Below, piece by piece: positions 15,334-26,600 of a DNA stretch of 37,211 nucleotides. Position 1 is the first letter of the stretch, and each line of letters opens with the position of its first letter. The notes beneath the pieces were generated by a model, which had not been told where the DNA came from, ran no database searches, and saw nothing but the letters and a program-made list of their open reading frames with translations. The stretch is taken from positions 1-37,211 of the IMG/VR virus record IMGVR_UViG_3300045988_151330; one strand, written 5' to 3'. Origin of the DNA: a virus. The position numbers and the translations under genes were made by a program.

Positions 15334-17018
15334 TGGAAGCAAAAGATTACTGGGAACGCTACGAAAAGGGTATTCAATACAACAGTTCTTTTAAACCTAA
15401 CAAGGACTATTATGAATCCATAAAGGTATGGAATGATTTCTATAACGGCGACCAATGGAACGGTGTTGGTGGTTCGAGCGAATTACCAAAACTAGTATTC
15501 AATTACACAAAAAGAATAATAGATTTTAAGATCGCGAGTGTTACAAGCTCGGATATATCTGTTAATGTAGAGCCGTTAAGAAATACTCCTGTAACAGACA
15601 GTGAACAAGAAATTGACAACACAGATTTCGTTAATAATGAAATTAAAAATGTATTCGAAAAATGGAATTTTAGAATATTGAAAAAAAGAGCTTTGAGAAA
15701 AGCTGGTATTTCTGGCGATATGTGTGCTCATATCACTTTTAATACAGAAGCTAAACCATTTAGAGGATTTGCTCCAGATGTTATAGGCGAAATGGAAATC
15801 GAGTTGATAGATGCAACCAACATTTATTTTGGAAATGCCAATATTAAGAGTGTATCTAAGCAACCATATATCATAATAGTCGGAAGAGATACAGTTCAAA
15901 ATCTTCAAGAAGAAGCAAAACAATTTAAAGCTCAAGACAATGATATTCGAAGTGATGATGATACAGAATATCAGCTAACGGAATTTGCAAATGTAGAAGT
16001 AGAACCAGCTGATATAGAAAAAGACAGTGATGGAAAAGCAAAGTATATTTATTACTATTATAAGAAAAAAGTTGGTGAAGATATACATGTGTTCGTAACG
16101 AAATGTACAAAAGATGCAATTATATATCAAGACATAGACACAGGATACAGTGATTATCCAGTTGCGTTCGCAAATTGGTATGAGTTGGAGAATACATATC
16201 ACGGCAGAGGAGAAGTTGAAGGTATATGTCCTAATCAGATAGCGATAAACAAGATGTTCGCGATGATTGTTTATCATCAAATGATGACTGCTTTTCCGAC
16301 TGCGGTATACGATAAAGATGTAATTAAAAATTGGAACAACCAAATAGGTACTGCGTTTGCTTTATCTAATTTGAATGGAAGAAGCATTAAAGATGTTGCT
16401 GGATATTTAAATCCGGCTAATATGAGTGATTACATCATAAAAGTAATTGACTTGGCTATTCAATACACTAAAGAGTGTATGGGAGTTTCTGATGCTTCTT
16501 TAGGTAATATAGACCCTAAGAACACATCAGCAATTTTAGCAGTACAGAAAAGTACAGCAGTACCATTGGAAAATGTAAAAGACAATTTATATGATTTTGT
16601 AGAGCAAATAGTAAGAATAATGATAGATGTAATGGGAACAAAGTATGGCAAAAGACCAGTAGTAATTACTGATGAAGATAGAAACAGAACAATGGAAAAA
16701 TACGATTTTGCTCAACTAAAAGGCATGGATTTGCATATCGGAATAGATGTTGGCGAATCGAGTTATTATTCTGAAATTGCAATGTTACAGACTATGGATA
16801 ATCTATTACAAGGACAATACATTGAATTTATAGATTATTTAGAGAGAATACCTAATGAAATGTTCCCTAAAAAAGCAGAGTATATTGCACAAATTAAGGC
16901 AAAACAACAGCAGGAAAAAGAAGCAAGTTATGAACAACTAAGTCAGTACATGTTGATGTTACCCGCACAATATCAGAAACAATTTGCACAAGCAATAGAT
17001 AATTTAATAAGCGTATAA
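15333..17018 (+). CDS. Portal protein
   Basis: 561 aa. Sits immediately after terL. GTG start with AGGTGA RBS. Confidence 0.6.
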   Translation: MEAKDYWERYEKGIQYNSSFKPNKDYYESIKVWNDFYNGDQWNGVGGSSELPKLVFNYTKRIIDFKIASVTSSDISVNVEPLRNTPVTDSEQEIDNTDFVNNEIKNVFEKWNFRILKKRALRKAGISGDMCAHITFNTEAKPFRGFAPDVIGEMEIELIDATNIYFGNANIKSVSKQPYIIIVGRDTVQNLQEEAKQFKAQDNDIRSDDDTEYQLTEFANVEVEPADIEKDSDGKAKYIYYYYKKKVGEDIHVFVTKCTKDAIIYQDIDTGYSDYPVAFANWYELENTYHGRGEVEGICPNQIAINKMFAMIVYHQMMTAFPTAVYDKDVIKNWNNQIGTAFALSNLNGRSIKDVAGYLNPANMSDYIIKVIDLAIQYTKECMGVSDASLGNIDPKNTSAILAVQKSTAVPLENVKDNLYDFVEQIVRIMIDVMGTKYGKRPVVITDEDRNRTMEKYDFAQLKGMDLHIGIDVGESSYYSEIAMLQTMDNLLQGQYIEFIDYLERIPNEMFPKKAEYIAQIKAKQQQEKEASYEQLSQYMLMLPAQYQKQFAQAIDNLISV

Positions 17019-17020
17019 AA

Positions 17021-17046
17021 AGGCATCCGAAAGGGTGTCTTTTTTA
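17021..17046 (+). terminator. Terminator hairpin with a GAAA tetraloop
   Basis: AGGCATCC-GAAA-GGGTGTCT followed by TTTTTT. Confidence 0.5.
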
Positions 17047-17130
17047 TATAAATTTAGCCGAAGTATCGAATAAACCAATGAGATAACGTTAGGCAACCGG
17101 ATAAACCAATCTGGAGAAAAGGAGATTTTT

Positions 17131-17964
17131 ATGAATGAAGAAAAAACAAACCAAGTAGTAGAAGAAGAGGATTTCTTCAATATGGATGAAAGCGATTTTA
17201 CAGATACACCATCTGAAGAAGAACAAATCCAAAATGAAGAGAATGTTGAAGAGAATACCACTCAGAAGACAGAAACTCAAAAAGATGAGACAACTGATGA
17301 GCAAAAGTTGTTATCGCTACTAAAGTCAAAGGTTAGATACAACGGAGAAGAAGTAGACATCAAGTCTATGGATGATGTCGTAGCTAACTATCAAAAAGGC
17401 TTGAACTATGACAATTTAAAGGCTAAATCAGAGAAATCTGAAAATACTGTAATGAATTACGTCATGGCTAAAGCAAGAAGTATGAATATGACACCTGAAC
17501 AATACATAGACAAAGTTAAATCATACGAAGAAGAGCAAAAGAAAAATGCTCAAGAACAAGAAGTACAAAGAATGATGGATCGTGGTGTTGATGAAGAAAC
17601 AGCTCGTAGAGTTGCTAGAACAGAAGCATACATGGAGACATTAAAAGCAAGAGAAGAAGAGCTTAACAGACAAGAAGAGGCTCGAAAAGTAGAAGCACAA
17701 AAAGATAAAGAATATCAAGAATTTTTGAAAGCTTATCCAGGCATTGAAGTCGACAAGATACCTCAGGAAGTTTTTGAAAATGCAAAGAACACTAATTTAT
17801 TAAGTGCTTATCAAGCTTATGAAAATAAGCAATTAAAAGAAAAAATTAAACAGTTGGAACAAAACCAAAAGAATGCATCCACTTCCGTTGTCAAGCCAGT
17901 AGGGGAAAAGACTGACGAGGAAGGAAAGGATGCTTTTTTAATGGGTCTTGATTCCGAAGATTAA
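17131..17964 (+). CDS. Scaffolding protein
   Basis: 277 aa. Very acidic, helical/coiled-coil. Lies between the portal and capsid genes. Confidence 0.6.
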   Translation: MNEEKTNQVVEEEDFFNMDESDFTDTPSEEEQIQNEENVEENTTQKTETQKDETTDEQKLLSLLKSKVRYNGEEVDIKSMDDVVANYQKGLNYDNLKAKSEKSENTVMNYVMAKARSMNMTPEQYIDKVKSYEEEQKKNAQEQEVQRMMDRGVDEETARRVARTEAYMETLKAREEELNRQEEARKVEAQKDKEYQEFLKAYPGIEVDKIPQEVFENAKNTNLLSAYQAYENKQLKEKIKQLEQNQKNASTSVVKPVGEKTDEEGKDAFLMGLDSED

Positions 17965-17978
17965 GGGAGGATAATTAA

Positions 17979-19088
17979 ATGGGAGTTATTAATTTAGCAG
18001 AAACGTATTCAAAAAATATTGATAAAGCATTTGCACACAAATCTTATACAAAAGTAGGTGCGAAGGCAAAATTTTCATTTATTGGTTATAAAACAGTTAA
18101 AGTGTATTCAATTGATCCAATGAAAATGAATGATTATAACAGAAATGGAATGAATAGATTTGGTAACGTAGAAGACATCAGTGATAAAGTACAAGAAATG
18201 ACAGTAACAAAAGACAGAAGCTTTACAGGTGGTATAGACAAAGGTAATAATACGCAACAAATGAAAATAAAAAAAGCCGGCGAATTATTAAGAGACCAAA
18301 TCAATGAAGTATTAAATCCTGAAATGGATACATATAACTTAGCTGTTTGGGCAAACAAGGCTGTTTTAAATGGCGCTGTGTTTATACAAACATTAACTAA
18401 AGATAATGCTTACGAGTATTTTTTAGAAGGTCAAAAAAGATTATCAAATAATAGAGTACCAACTAATGGCAGAATATGTTTTGCAACAACTAAAGCGGTA
18501 AACTTATTAAAGAGATGCCCTGAGTATTCTAAGAATACAGAAACAGCACAAAAAATGGTTATGTATGGACAAGTTGGTAAAGTAGATAATGTTGCATTAA
18601 TTGAAATGCCAGAAATCTATTTCCCAGCAGGTGTACAAATGGTTATTGTACATCCATCATGTTCAGTAGCACCAATTCAATTAGAAACATATAGGGTTTT
18701 AACTGAGGTTCAAGGCTACGATGGTGCCGTTATCGAAGGTAGATGCATTTATGATTGTTTTGTTTTAGATAAGAAGAAAGATGGTATTGCAGTAATAGCT
18801 GAAGCTACTTTGAAAATGAATGCAACATCAGAAGAAGGAAGTGCATCTAATGGAACACTTTTAAAATATGAATTGCCGGGTATTACAAGTGCTGATGGTG
18901 TTGTTGTTAAGTATAAACTAGGTGCAAGTGCTATTACTGCGCCAACTGCAGGAACAACTGTAACAGGTTATACGGCTTATACAAATAGCGAAATCGATGC
19001 AAGTACAAATACACACTACTGTTTAGTAGCATTGAAGGATAATAAAGTTGTTTTTGCAGAAGCAGGAGAGTTAGTTAAAAAGGCATAA
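17979..19088 (+). CDS. Major capsid protein
   Basis: 369 aa. Follows the scaffold gene. Strong RBS GGGAGGA. Followed by a strong terminator. Confidence 0.6.
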   Translation: MGVINLAETYSKNIDKAFAHKSYTKVGAKAKFSFIGYKTVKVYSIDPMKMNDYNRNGMNRFGNVEDISDKVQEMTVTKDRSFTGGIDKGNNTQQMKIKKAGELLRDQINEVLNPEMDTYNLAVWANKAVLNGAVFIQTLTKDNAYEYFLEGQKRLSNNRVPTNGRICFATTKAVNLLKRCPEYSKNTETAQKMVMYGQVGKVDNVALIEMPEIYFPAGVQMVIVHPSCSVAPIQLETYRVLTEVQGYDGAVIEGRCIYDCFVLDKKKDGIAVIAEATLKMNATSEEGSASNGTLLKYELPGITSADGVVVKYKLGASAITAPTAGTTVTGYTAYTNSEIDASTNTHYCLVALKDNKVVFAEAGELVKKA

Positions 19089-19094
19089 CCTAAC

Positions 19095-19127
19095 GGGCAG
19101 AGCTTAAAAACTCTGCCCTCAATTTTT
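19095..19127 (+). terminator. Rho-independent terminator after the capsid gene
   Basis: GGGCAGAG-cttaaaaa-CTCTGCCC followed by TCAATTTTT. Confidence 0.6.
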
Positions 19128-19148
19128 ATGATAGGAGGTTAAAGTAAA

Positions 19149-19568
19149 TTGAAAGCGGAACTAATATATAAATTTGCACTTTCACATATAGATGAAATGA
19201 AAGATGCAAAATTGATTAAAGGTGAAAAACCCGAAATGGACAACACATCAACAAAAGATTATAGAGCTAGAACACCTGGAATATTAACTTCAATTCAAAA
19301 TGATATAACAATGTACCTTGGAATAGGATATTTAGACGAAATAGCATCAATGGAATCTGATGTTGAACTAGATGATGCAATTTGTGCAACTATAGTTGTG
19401 TATGAATTGTGTGCAAGGTTACTTTTAACAGAGGATATGGCACTTTCAAATTACTTTAGTTCCCTAGCTTCGAATTTGAAAAATACTACACTTGAACGAT
19501 ACAGAACAAAAGCTAAGCAGGAAGCTAGAGAAGATGTATATGGTTCTTTATGCGAGGCGGGTGATTAG
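19149..19568 (+). CDS. Hypothetical virion protein (head-tail adaptor candidate)
   Basis: 139 aa. TTG start behind AGGAGGT. Confidence 0.45.
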   Translation: MKAELIYKFALSHIDEMKDAKLIKGEKPEMDNTSTKDYRARTPGILTSIQNDITMYLGIGYLDEIASMESDVELDDAICATIVVYELCARLLLTEDMALSNYFSSLASNLKNTTLERYRTKAKQEAREDVYGSLCEAGD

Positions 19569-19569
19569 G

Positions 19570-21294
19570 ATGGATAACACCTCAATAAATACTTTTTTAG
19601 GACTTAATATGAATGAAACTGGTTCAACTAATCTTAAATTAGGTGAAAGTCCTAAAATGGTTAATTTCAAAATATCAAGAGATTATAAATTAGAGAAGAT
19701 GTATGGCTATATAAACAAATATGAAAAGACAAGTAAGATAAGAGCGATGTGGTTCGGACTACTTGGTGCAACAGAAGTATTTGTGTTTGTGTGTGATGGA
19801 AAAGTTTATAACGGGGATACAGAGCTGGGTTCATTGACAGATGACATTACAAGAATATTTGAATTTAATAAAAAACTATACTTTATAAATGGTCATGAAT
19901 ATAAAGAATGGGATGGAACAATATTTAAAGATGTTGAAGGCTATATTCCATTAGTCAAAGTGGTTACAACACCTAATGGAGTTGGAACGGATTACGAGCC
20001 TATAAATGTTCTAACAGGCAAGAAGAGGCAAACATTTAGCCCAGATGGAACAGAGAAAACATTTGTATTAGTAGAAAATAATTTGACTAGCATAGACAGT
20101 GTAAAAGTTGATGGAGTAGAAACAACAGTAACAAAGGATTTGGCAAAAGGCACAATTACTTTTTCAACGGCTCCAACTCAAGGAGTGGATACTATTGAAG
20201 TCCAATGGACAAAAGGAACAGGTCAAAGAGAATTAGTATATAAAAATCATTACTTTCAAACCTATGGACTTGCAGATGATACACGAGTTTTTTTATACGG
20301 CAATGCAGACGCAAAAAACAGAATATATTTTAGCGACTTAGGAAACGGAATACCAGACGTGACATATTTTCCTGGTAATAATTTTATTGACATAGGAAGC
20401 TCAAATACAGCTGTAACAGACATTCAAAGACAATATGACAGAATAATTATAAATAAAGAAGACGCCACTTATTATTCAACTTATGAGCAAATCACAGACA
20501 ACACAGGAGAAAGCATTGTAGCATTTCCAGTATATCCTCTTAATAAATCACATGGAGCAAAGCCATATAATCAAGGACAAGTTCTAGATAATTATGTAAC
20601 AACAGTTGATACTTCGATTGTGCAATGGACTAATACAGAAAGTAAAGATGAAAGAAATGCACAGATAATATCACAGAAAGTACAAACATGGTTAAATGAA
20701 AAAGATTTGTCAAGAGCAGTTACATTAGACTATCAAGAAGAGAAAGAATATTGGCTTGCGATAGATAATGAGATTTTAATATATAATTACGAAAATGGTT
20801 GTTATTCACTGGCACAATTGCCAGTCAAAATAACGACTTTTTTGTCATATAAAGGAATTATATACGCTGGAACAGAAAACGGCAAAATAATCGAATTTAG
20901 TAAGAATGCTACTGCCTATGCTGGGGAAACAATCAAAGCTGAATGGCAATCAGGCTATTATGATTTTGGAGTTGAAGAACAGCGAAAAACAATGCGTGTT
21001 TTATGGATAACTTTGAAGCCTTGGTTCAAAACTTCATTAGATATAAATTATATATCTGATAGAGATAGTGGCAATGAAGCAAAAACAATTGAGAAAAGAA
21101 GTATAAGTTATGCTCACTGGAATTATGCAAGATTTACATATAATACCCAACGAAGTGTAAAGCCTTTTAGAGTGAAACTAAAAGCAAAAAAATTCGCATT
21201 TTTAAAGTTAATATTAAAAAATGAAGTAAGCGATGAAAAAGTAACGGTAAATTCAGTAGCAATTAAAAAAATATATGGTGGGGAGGTAAAGTAA
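19570..21294 (+). CDS. Large structural protein (tail tubular/nozzle candidate)
   Basis: About 574 aa. Start moved to the ATG at 19570 (MDNTSIN). Confidence 0.5.
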   Translation: MDNTSINTFLGLNMNETGSTNLKLGESPKMVNFKISRDYKLEKMYGYINKYEKTSKIRAMWFGLLGATEVFVFVCDGKVYNGDTELGSLTDDITRIFEFNKKLYFINGHEYKEWDGTIFKDVEGYIPLVKVVTTPNGVGTDYEPINVLTGKKRQTFSPDGTEKTFVLVENNLTSIDSVKVDGVETTVTKDLAKGTITFSTAPTQGVDTIEVQWTKGTGQRELVYKNHYFQTYGLADDTRVFLYGNADAKNRIYFSDLGNGIPDVTYFPGNNFIDIGSSNTAVTDIQRQYDRIIINKEDATYYSTYEQITDNTGESIVAFPVYPLNKSHGAKPYNQGQVLDNYVTTVDTSIVQWTNTESKDERNAQIISQKVQTWLNEKDLSRAVTLDYQEEKEYWLAIDNEILIYNYENGCYSLAQLPVKITTFLSYKGIIYAGTENGKIIEFSKNATAYAGETIKAEWQSGYYDFGVEEQRKTMRVLWITLKPWFKTSLDINYISDRDSGNEAKTIEKRSISYAHWNYARFTYNTQRSVKPFRVKLKAKKFAFLKLILKNEVSDEKVTVNSVAIKKIYGGEVK

Positions 21295-22283
21295 TGGAAT
21301 TTACAAGATTAAATGATAATTTAAGTGTACATCAAAGCTTGAGCGATGAACCTAATATAGATGATGGTTTATCTTCTGAAGAGTTAAAGAAGAAATTTGA
21401 TGAACCAGTCGAAAAATTGAAAAAAGCACTTAATGACTTGATGAATGAATTAGAAAGTAATACTAGTGCCGGAATGATGGGAGCCCAAAAATTAAACGAT
21501 ACGGACGATTCAGCTGAAAATATACAAGCGAAGTTAGAACGTTTGCAGTCGCAAATAACAACAATAAACAATACAAATATAGCTACGTCTAAAATAGAAA
21601 ACGAGGCTATAACGACATCTAAAATTGCAGATGCAAATGTAACGACTGAAAAACTAGCCAATGATTCCGTAACAGCTGATAAGATAAATAATGGAAGTGT
21701 TACAGGAGAAAAAATAGACGAAAACGTAAAGAAAGCATTAAATATAACAGCTACACAACTAAATGAACAAGATACATCGGAAGCAAATGTGCAGGCTAAA
21801 TTAAATAAGATTTATCAAGATTTAATAAGTATGACGCAAGGAAGTGTGGCAGATAATTCTATAACATCATCAAAGCTTGCAGATGGAAGTGTAACAAAAG
21901 AAAAAACAAATTTTGGATTATCGTTAGTTCCTAGTGGTTTTATAGGTATGTGGAGTGGTACAACAATTCCAAGTGGTTGGTATTTGTGTGACGGGACGAA
22001 CGGAACACCAGATTTAAGAAATAGATTTATTGTTGGTAGTGGTGATGAATATTCAATCGGAAACACTGGCGGAGAAAAAACGCATACTTTAACTATAAGT
22101 GAAATGCCAGAACATAGCCATGCAATATCGAATTTCCCAACTGGAATAGGAAGTATACATGCACAGGGCTTTAGTGATGCAATGGGTAGTAGAACAACTG
22201 TAAATACTGAAAAAACAGGTGGAGGACAAGCACATGAAAATAGACCACCTTATTATGCATTGGCGTTTATTATGAAAGCTTAG
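21294..22283 (+). CDS. Tail-fibre protein with a C-terminal phage tail-collar domain
   Basis: Fibre-repeat region (ATSKIENEAITTSKIADANVTTEKLANDSVTADKINNGSVTGEKI), then WYLCDGTNGTPDLRNRFIVGSG...EMPEHSHA. Confidence 0.65.
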   Translation: MEFTRLNDNLSVHQSLSDEPNIDDGLSSEELKKKFDEPVEKLKKALNDLMNELESNTSAGMMGAQKLNDTDDSAENIQAKLERLQSQITTINNTNIATSKIENEAITTSKIADANVTTEKLANDSVTADKINNGSVTGEKIDENVKKALNITATQLNEQDTSEANVQAKLNKIYQDLISMTQGSVADNSITSSKLADGSVTKEKTNFGLSLVPSGFIGMWSGTTIPSGWYLCDGTNGTPDLRNRFIVGSGDEYSIGNTGGEKTHTLTISEMPEHSHAISNFPTGIGSIHAQGFSDAMGSRTTVNTEKTGGGQAHENRPPYYALAFIMKA

Positions 22284-22293
22284 GAGGTGTAAA

Positions 22294-23679
22294 ATGGCTA
22301 ATTTAAGTAAAGAAGACACAGCAAAAATCGATAATGCAAAGAAAAAATATGCAGAGGCTCAAGCTAAAGGCGATAAAGCAGGAATGGAGTCAGCACACAG
22401 AGAGGCAGAATCAGTAAGAGCAGGATATGGATACTCTGGAGGAGCGGACGGAAGTCAGAATATATCGCTAGGAAATCAAGAACCAGATTGGACTGGTAAC
22501 GGTGGAAAATCAAGCAGAAACAGTAATAGTAATAATTCAACATCGAGTTTTACATATCAGGACGATTTAGAAAGACTAAAAAGACTTCAACAAAAAGCAA
22601 CGGCAAATGAGCTTAAAGCACAAAAGGAGAAAACATTACAGGCTTTAGCTGAACAAGAAGCCACGGTAAAGCCAACGTATCAAAATCAAAGAAACCTAGC
22701 ATCTTCAAATTCTCAAAAAGGTGCTAGGTCTTTTAGTGAGTATTTGGCTAGTAGAGGGTTAACAAATAGTGGTGCAGCAGCACAAGGGGAAATGAACAGA
22801 TTGTCAACTCTTCAAAATAATTTAGGAACAATAGATACAAATGAAACAAATACATTGAATGAAATAGCAAGGGCTAGAGCAAATGCTAAAAGTGATTATG
22901 CTTCTAATTTGGCTACTGCAAATTCAAAGATAGAAGCAGAATATTTTAATAATCTATTGCAAGAAAATCAAAGACAAAGGTTGATAGATGAGCAATTAAA
23001 GCAACAATCTATGCAACAGTATGCAAATGATTATCGAGCACAAATAAATAGCTTGTTAGCCCAAGGATATAGTCCAAATAGTAGAGAAGTTTTACAATTA
23101 TCAGCACTTAGAGGCGATAAAATAGCGAATAACATAAACAATGCAACAAATCCAAGCAATGCACTGGCTTCAATTCAAGCAGGGAATATAAACTATAATA
23201 ATGCTGCGGCATTAGGTTGGACTGTAGAACAAGCAAATCAATATTATAACAACTACTTGGCAATGCAACAAGCAGAAGCAGAAAAGGAAGCAAGACAGCA
23301 AGAATTTGAAAATTGGGTAAAAAGACAACAATTAGCTAATGATACTGCGCAAACACAGTACAATATAAATAAACCATATAGTCAATCTACAGGAAATGCA
23401 AACACGACAAAACTATCAACTTATAGCGATATAATTGATAATAATTATTTATCAGAAGGAAGCTTTTTGGCAGATAGTGAGAAATTGTTAGATTATATTC
23501 AAAGTGAAAATGAAAGTGGAAGAATGAGTGACAATGATGCTTTGTCCTTAATGGCCTTATATGGAATTGGACCTTATACAGATGTTAAAAATCAAAATAC
23601 TGTAGATTCATCAAAAACAAAAAAAGAACAGAATGCAACTTTAATGCCTAGAAACGTGCAAAATCAGTTAAGGGGGTAG
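22294..23679 (+). CDS. Q/N/S-rich low-complexity virion protein (internal/ejection-protein candidate)
   Basis: 461 aa. RBS AGGAGGTG. Confidence 0.5.
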   Translation: MANLSKEDTAKIDNAKKKYAEAQAKGDKAGMESAHREAESVRAGYGYSGGADGSQNISLGNQEPDWTGNGGKSSRNSNSNNSTSSFTYQDDLERLKRLQQKATANELKAQKEKTLQALAEQEATVKPTYQNQRNLASSNSQKGARSFSEYLASRGLTNSGAAAQGEMNRLSTLQNNLGTIDTNETNTLNEIARARANAKSDYASNLATANSKIEAEYFNNLLQENQRQRLIDEQLKQQSMQQYANDYRAQINSLLAQGYSPNSREVLQLSALRGDKIANNINNATNPSNALASIQAGNINYNNAAALGWTVEQANQYYNNYLAMQQAEAEKEARQQEFENWVKRQQLANDTAQTQYNINKPYSQSTGNANTTKLSTYSDIIDNNYLSEGSFLADSEKLLDYIQSENESGRMSDNDALSLMALYGIGPYTDVKNQNTVDSSKTKKEQNATLMPRNVQNQLRG

Positions 23680-23684
23680 AAGAT

Positions 23685-26600
23685 ATGCCTTTGGATTGGA
23701 GAAAAATAAGAAGTACAGGAACCACTACCCAAGGTTCGAGCAAATCACGATTAAACTGGGATGAAATCAGGAATAAAACAACAAAACTAGATGCAGCAAG
23801 TATTGATGAAAATAAAGCCAGAGTAAATAACACTACTGCAAATTCAACGAAAGAAAATCAAAGTAATAAGATGTTGTATCAAACAAAAGCAATAAATACT
23901 ATTGCACCAACCAATAGAAAATTTGCACAATCTTTACCGAAAATCGTAAATAGCAGCAAAGTAAAAGATGCTGGAGTTGGAGAATTGATTACACAGCCAA
24001 ATGCTGGTGATGATTTTTCACAGCAAGATAAGAAATTGTTTATAGAAAACATAAAGGACAGAGAACTTAAAAGAGAAGAACTAAAATCAAAAGGATTAAA
24101 ACAAGGAACGGCAGATTTGTTATCTAAAATATATAGAAAGCAATTAAATAATGGTAAAAACATTGTTGATAGCACAAATGTAATACAAAGTTCAATAGGT
24201 AGAGCTATGGGGCAACAGCCTAGCGATAGAGGAAAATTATTAAAAGTACCAGAAAATATGAAAGATAATCTCAGAAGATTTAAAGATGGATATCAATTTG
24301 GAGATATAACTACAACAACACTTGAAAATTTTGGCGATTCTGCAGCGACCTTAGGAAGTACTGCATTAGAAATTCCAACAAGAATAGCAAAGGGAATATT
24401 TAGCGTATCAGAAGGAATTGCAAATGCAGGAGCATCTGCAATTGCAGGGGCAGCAGATTTAATAGGCCAAGATGAGTATGCGAATGCTTTAAGAAAAAGA
24501 ATAGCAGTAGGCACGCCCTTCGTAAAAACACATAATTTATTAGAAAGTACAGCCGATAAATTAGATACAAATTCATTTAGTGGAAAATTATTGGATTCAG
24601 CGACCGAAGGTGTTGGACAATCTGGTGGACAAATGGCAGTAGGCGCTGCACTTGGTAAATTCGGTGAAGTACCAATAAAATTCGGTGATCATGTTTTAAA
24701 TATGCCAACGACAGCATTTGCTACTGGAATGGGAAGTGCTGCCGCAGAAACATATGCCAAGGCAGATGAACAGTTAGGTGGACTAGAAAATGCAACAGGA
24801 AAAGAAAAGCTACAAATGGCACTTAGAATATTAGGTGGAGGAGCTATAGAGGGAACTACAGAGGGACTATTTGGCTTACTAGGTGTAGGTGGAACAGATA
24901 TAACGGACGAGTTTGCCCAAAAAGCTGTAGCTAGAGCAGAAAATGCTTTTCAAAAGCAATTAACTAAGATACTTGTTGCTGGTGGTGGTGAAGCAGCAGA
25001 AGAATTTATTTCTTATGCTGGCAATTATTTAATGGATAATTATGCGAACAAATTTGGAAAACTGGACTTTTCTGAAAAATGGAATTGGGATGATGTAATG
25101 CAAGAAATGGCATCAGCATTTATATCATCTGGAATAAGTCAAGGGGCGACGTCTGTAATTCAAATAAATAAAGTTACTCAAAATGCAGTTCAATTAGCAG
25201 AAACAGAACAAGGAAGACAATTGACGCCACAAGAAATATCAGAGATAAGAAATTCTGTTGCAGATGAAGTATTAGGAGCAAGAGAAGAATTAGAAAGTCT
25301 TCATAAGGATACTAATATCAGCGAAAACTCATCAAATATTGACCAGATTTCTCAAAAGAATGTACAAAATGTATCAAATTTGGAAAGCAATCAGCAAATG
25401 AGTATATCTGATGAACAGAACAACCAAGCTACAGTAACTAATGAAATACAAACGTTTGTGGAAAATAGAAATAAAATTGCACCAGGTTTGAATGTCGAAA
25501 TGGATAATACATTGAAAACAGATGGTGTAATAATAAAAAATTCCGATGGAACAAGAACAATGAAAATAAATCCAAATTCAACAAGAGCTTATGAGTTTGT
25601 GGCGGTTCATGAAATGTTACATGATTTAGAGGGAACGCAAGAATATTCTGAATTGCAAAAATATCTACAAGATAGAGCTACTTCACATGAAAAATTTGAG
25701 GAAGCAAAACAAACTATTACAGACAAGTATACACAATATTATCAAGCAAACGGCTTAGATATGTCTAATCTAAATATGGAAGTTGAAACGGTTAACGATA
25801 TGACAGCACAAGCTTTAGGCAATCAACAATTTTTAAATGAATTAGCCGGCAAAAAGCCGAATGTGTTTATGAGAATGTACAATTGGGTTAAAAATGTATT
25901 ATTTGACGGTCAAAAAACAGGTAAAAGTTTTTCAAAAAGAAGAACAGATAACAAATACTTAAATGAGCTTAAAAAGAAATTTGAAACAGCATATAATACG
26001 GTGTATAAGGGAAAGGGAGAAACTAAGTATTCAATTGCAGGACAAATTGGTATGCAAAATGCAATAAATAATGACATTAGATTTCAAAAATTAGAAAACA
26101 ACTTAAATAAAGCACAAACAATGGCACAAAACGGAATAGACAACGAATATATTAGACAAAATACCAATTGGTTTCAAGACAAAAATGGAGATTGGAAATT
26201 CGAATTTTCGGATAAGGATATGAAGTTAAAACCTAACATTCAATTAAAAGAAAATACAACATATAAATTGGGTAATATATTAGAACATGATTTGTTATTT
26301 ACAATATATCCTGAGCTAGCTAAATGTAATGTAAAAGTTCAAAAAATGGAAAATGCGGGTGGATCATACAACAGGGAGAATAACTTAATAAGAATTAATT
26401 CAAAATTAAAGAATAGTGAAGAAATTCAAAATACATTGATTCATGAAATACAACATGCCATCCAAAAAATTGAAGGTTTTGAAAAGGGAAAAGGTTTTAA
26501 AACAAGTAAATTAGCTTATTATAATAGTCTTGGAGAAATAGAGGCTGATAATACAAAAAATAGGTATGTGGCAGAAAAACAAGGAATTTTAAACAGAGAT

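Noticed and set aside
14337-16651. Several minus-strand ORFs (14337-14522, 14515-14709, 14931-15176, 15576-16343, 16460-16651) within terL and portal
   Set aside because: Antisense to high-confidence structural genes. All are Phe/Ile/Leu-rich artefacts of AT-rich DNA.
17004-18358. Minus-strand ORFs 17004-17261, 17089-17304 and 18134-18358
   Set aside because: They overlap the portal terminator, the scaffold gene and the capsid gene in antisense. No support.
21332-22319. Minus-strand ORFs 21332-21661, 21815-22066 and 22089-22319 within the tail-collar fibre gene
   Set aside because: Antisense to a gene with clear fibre repeats and a collar domain.
23108-24514. Minus-strand ORFs 23108-23293, 23648-23833, 23879-24175 and 24293-24514, plus 27651-27848 inside the giant gene
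   Set aside because: Antisense to long, continuous sense ORFs with strong RBSs.
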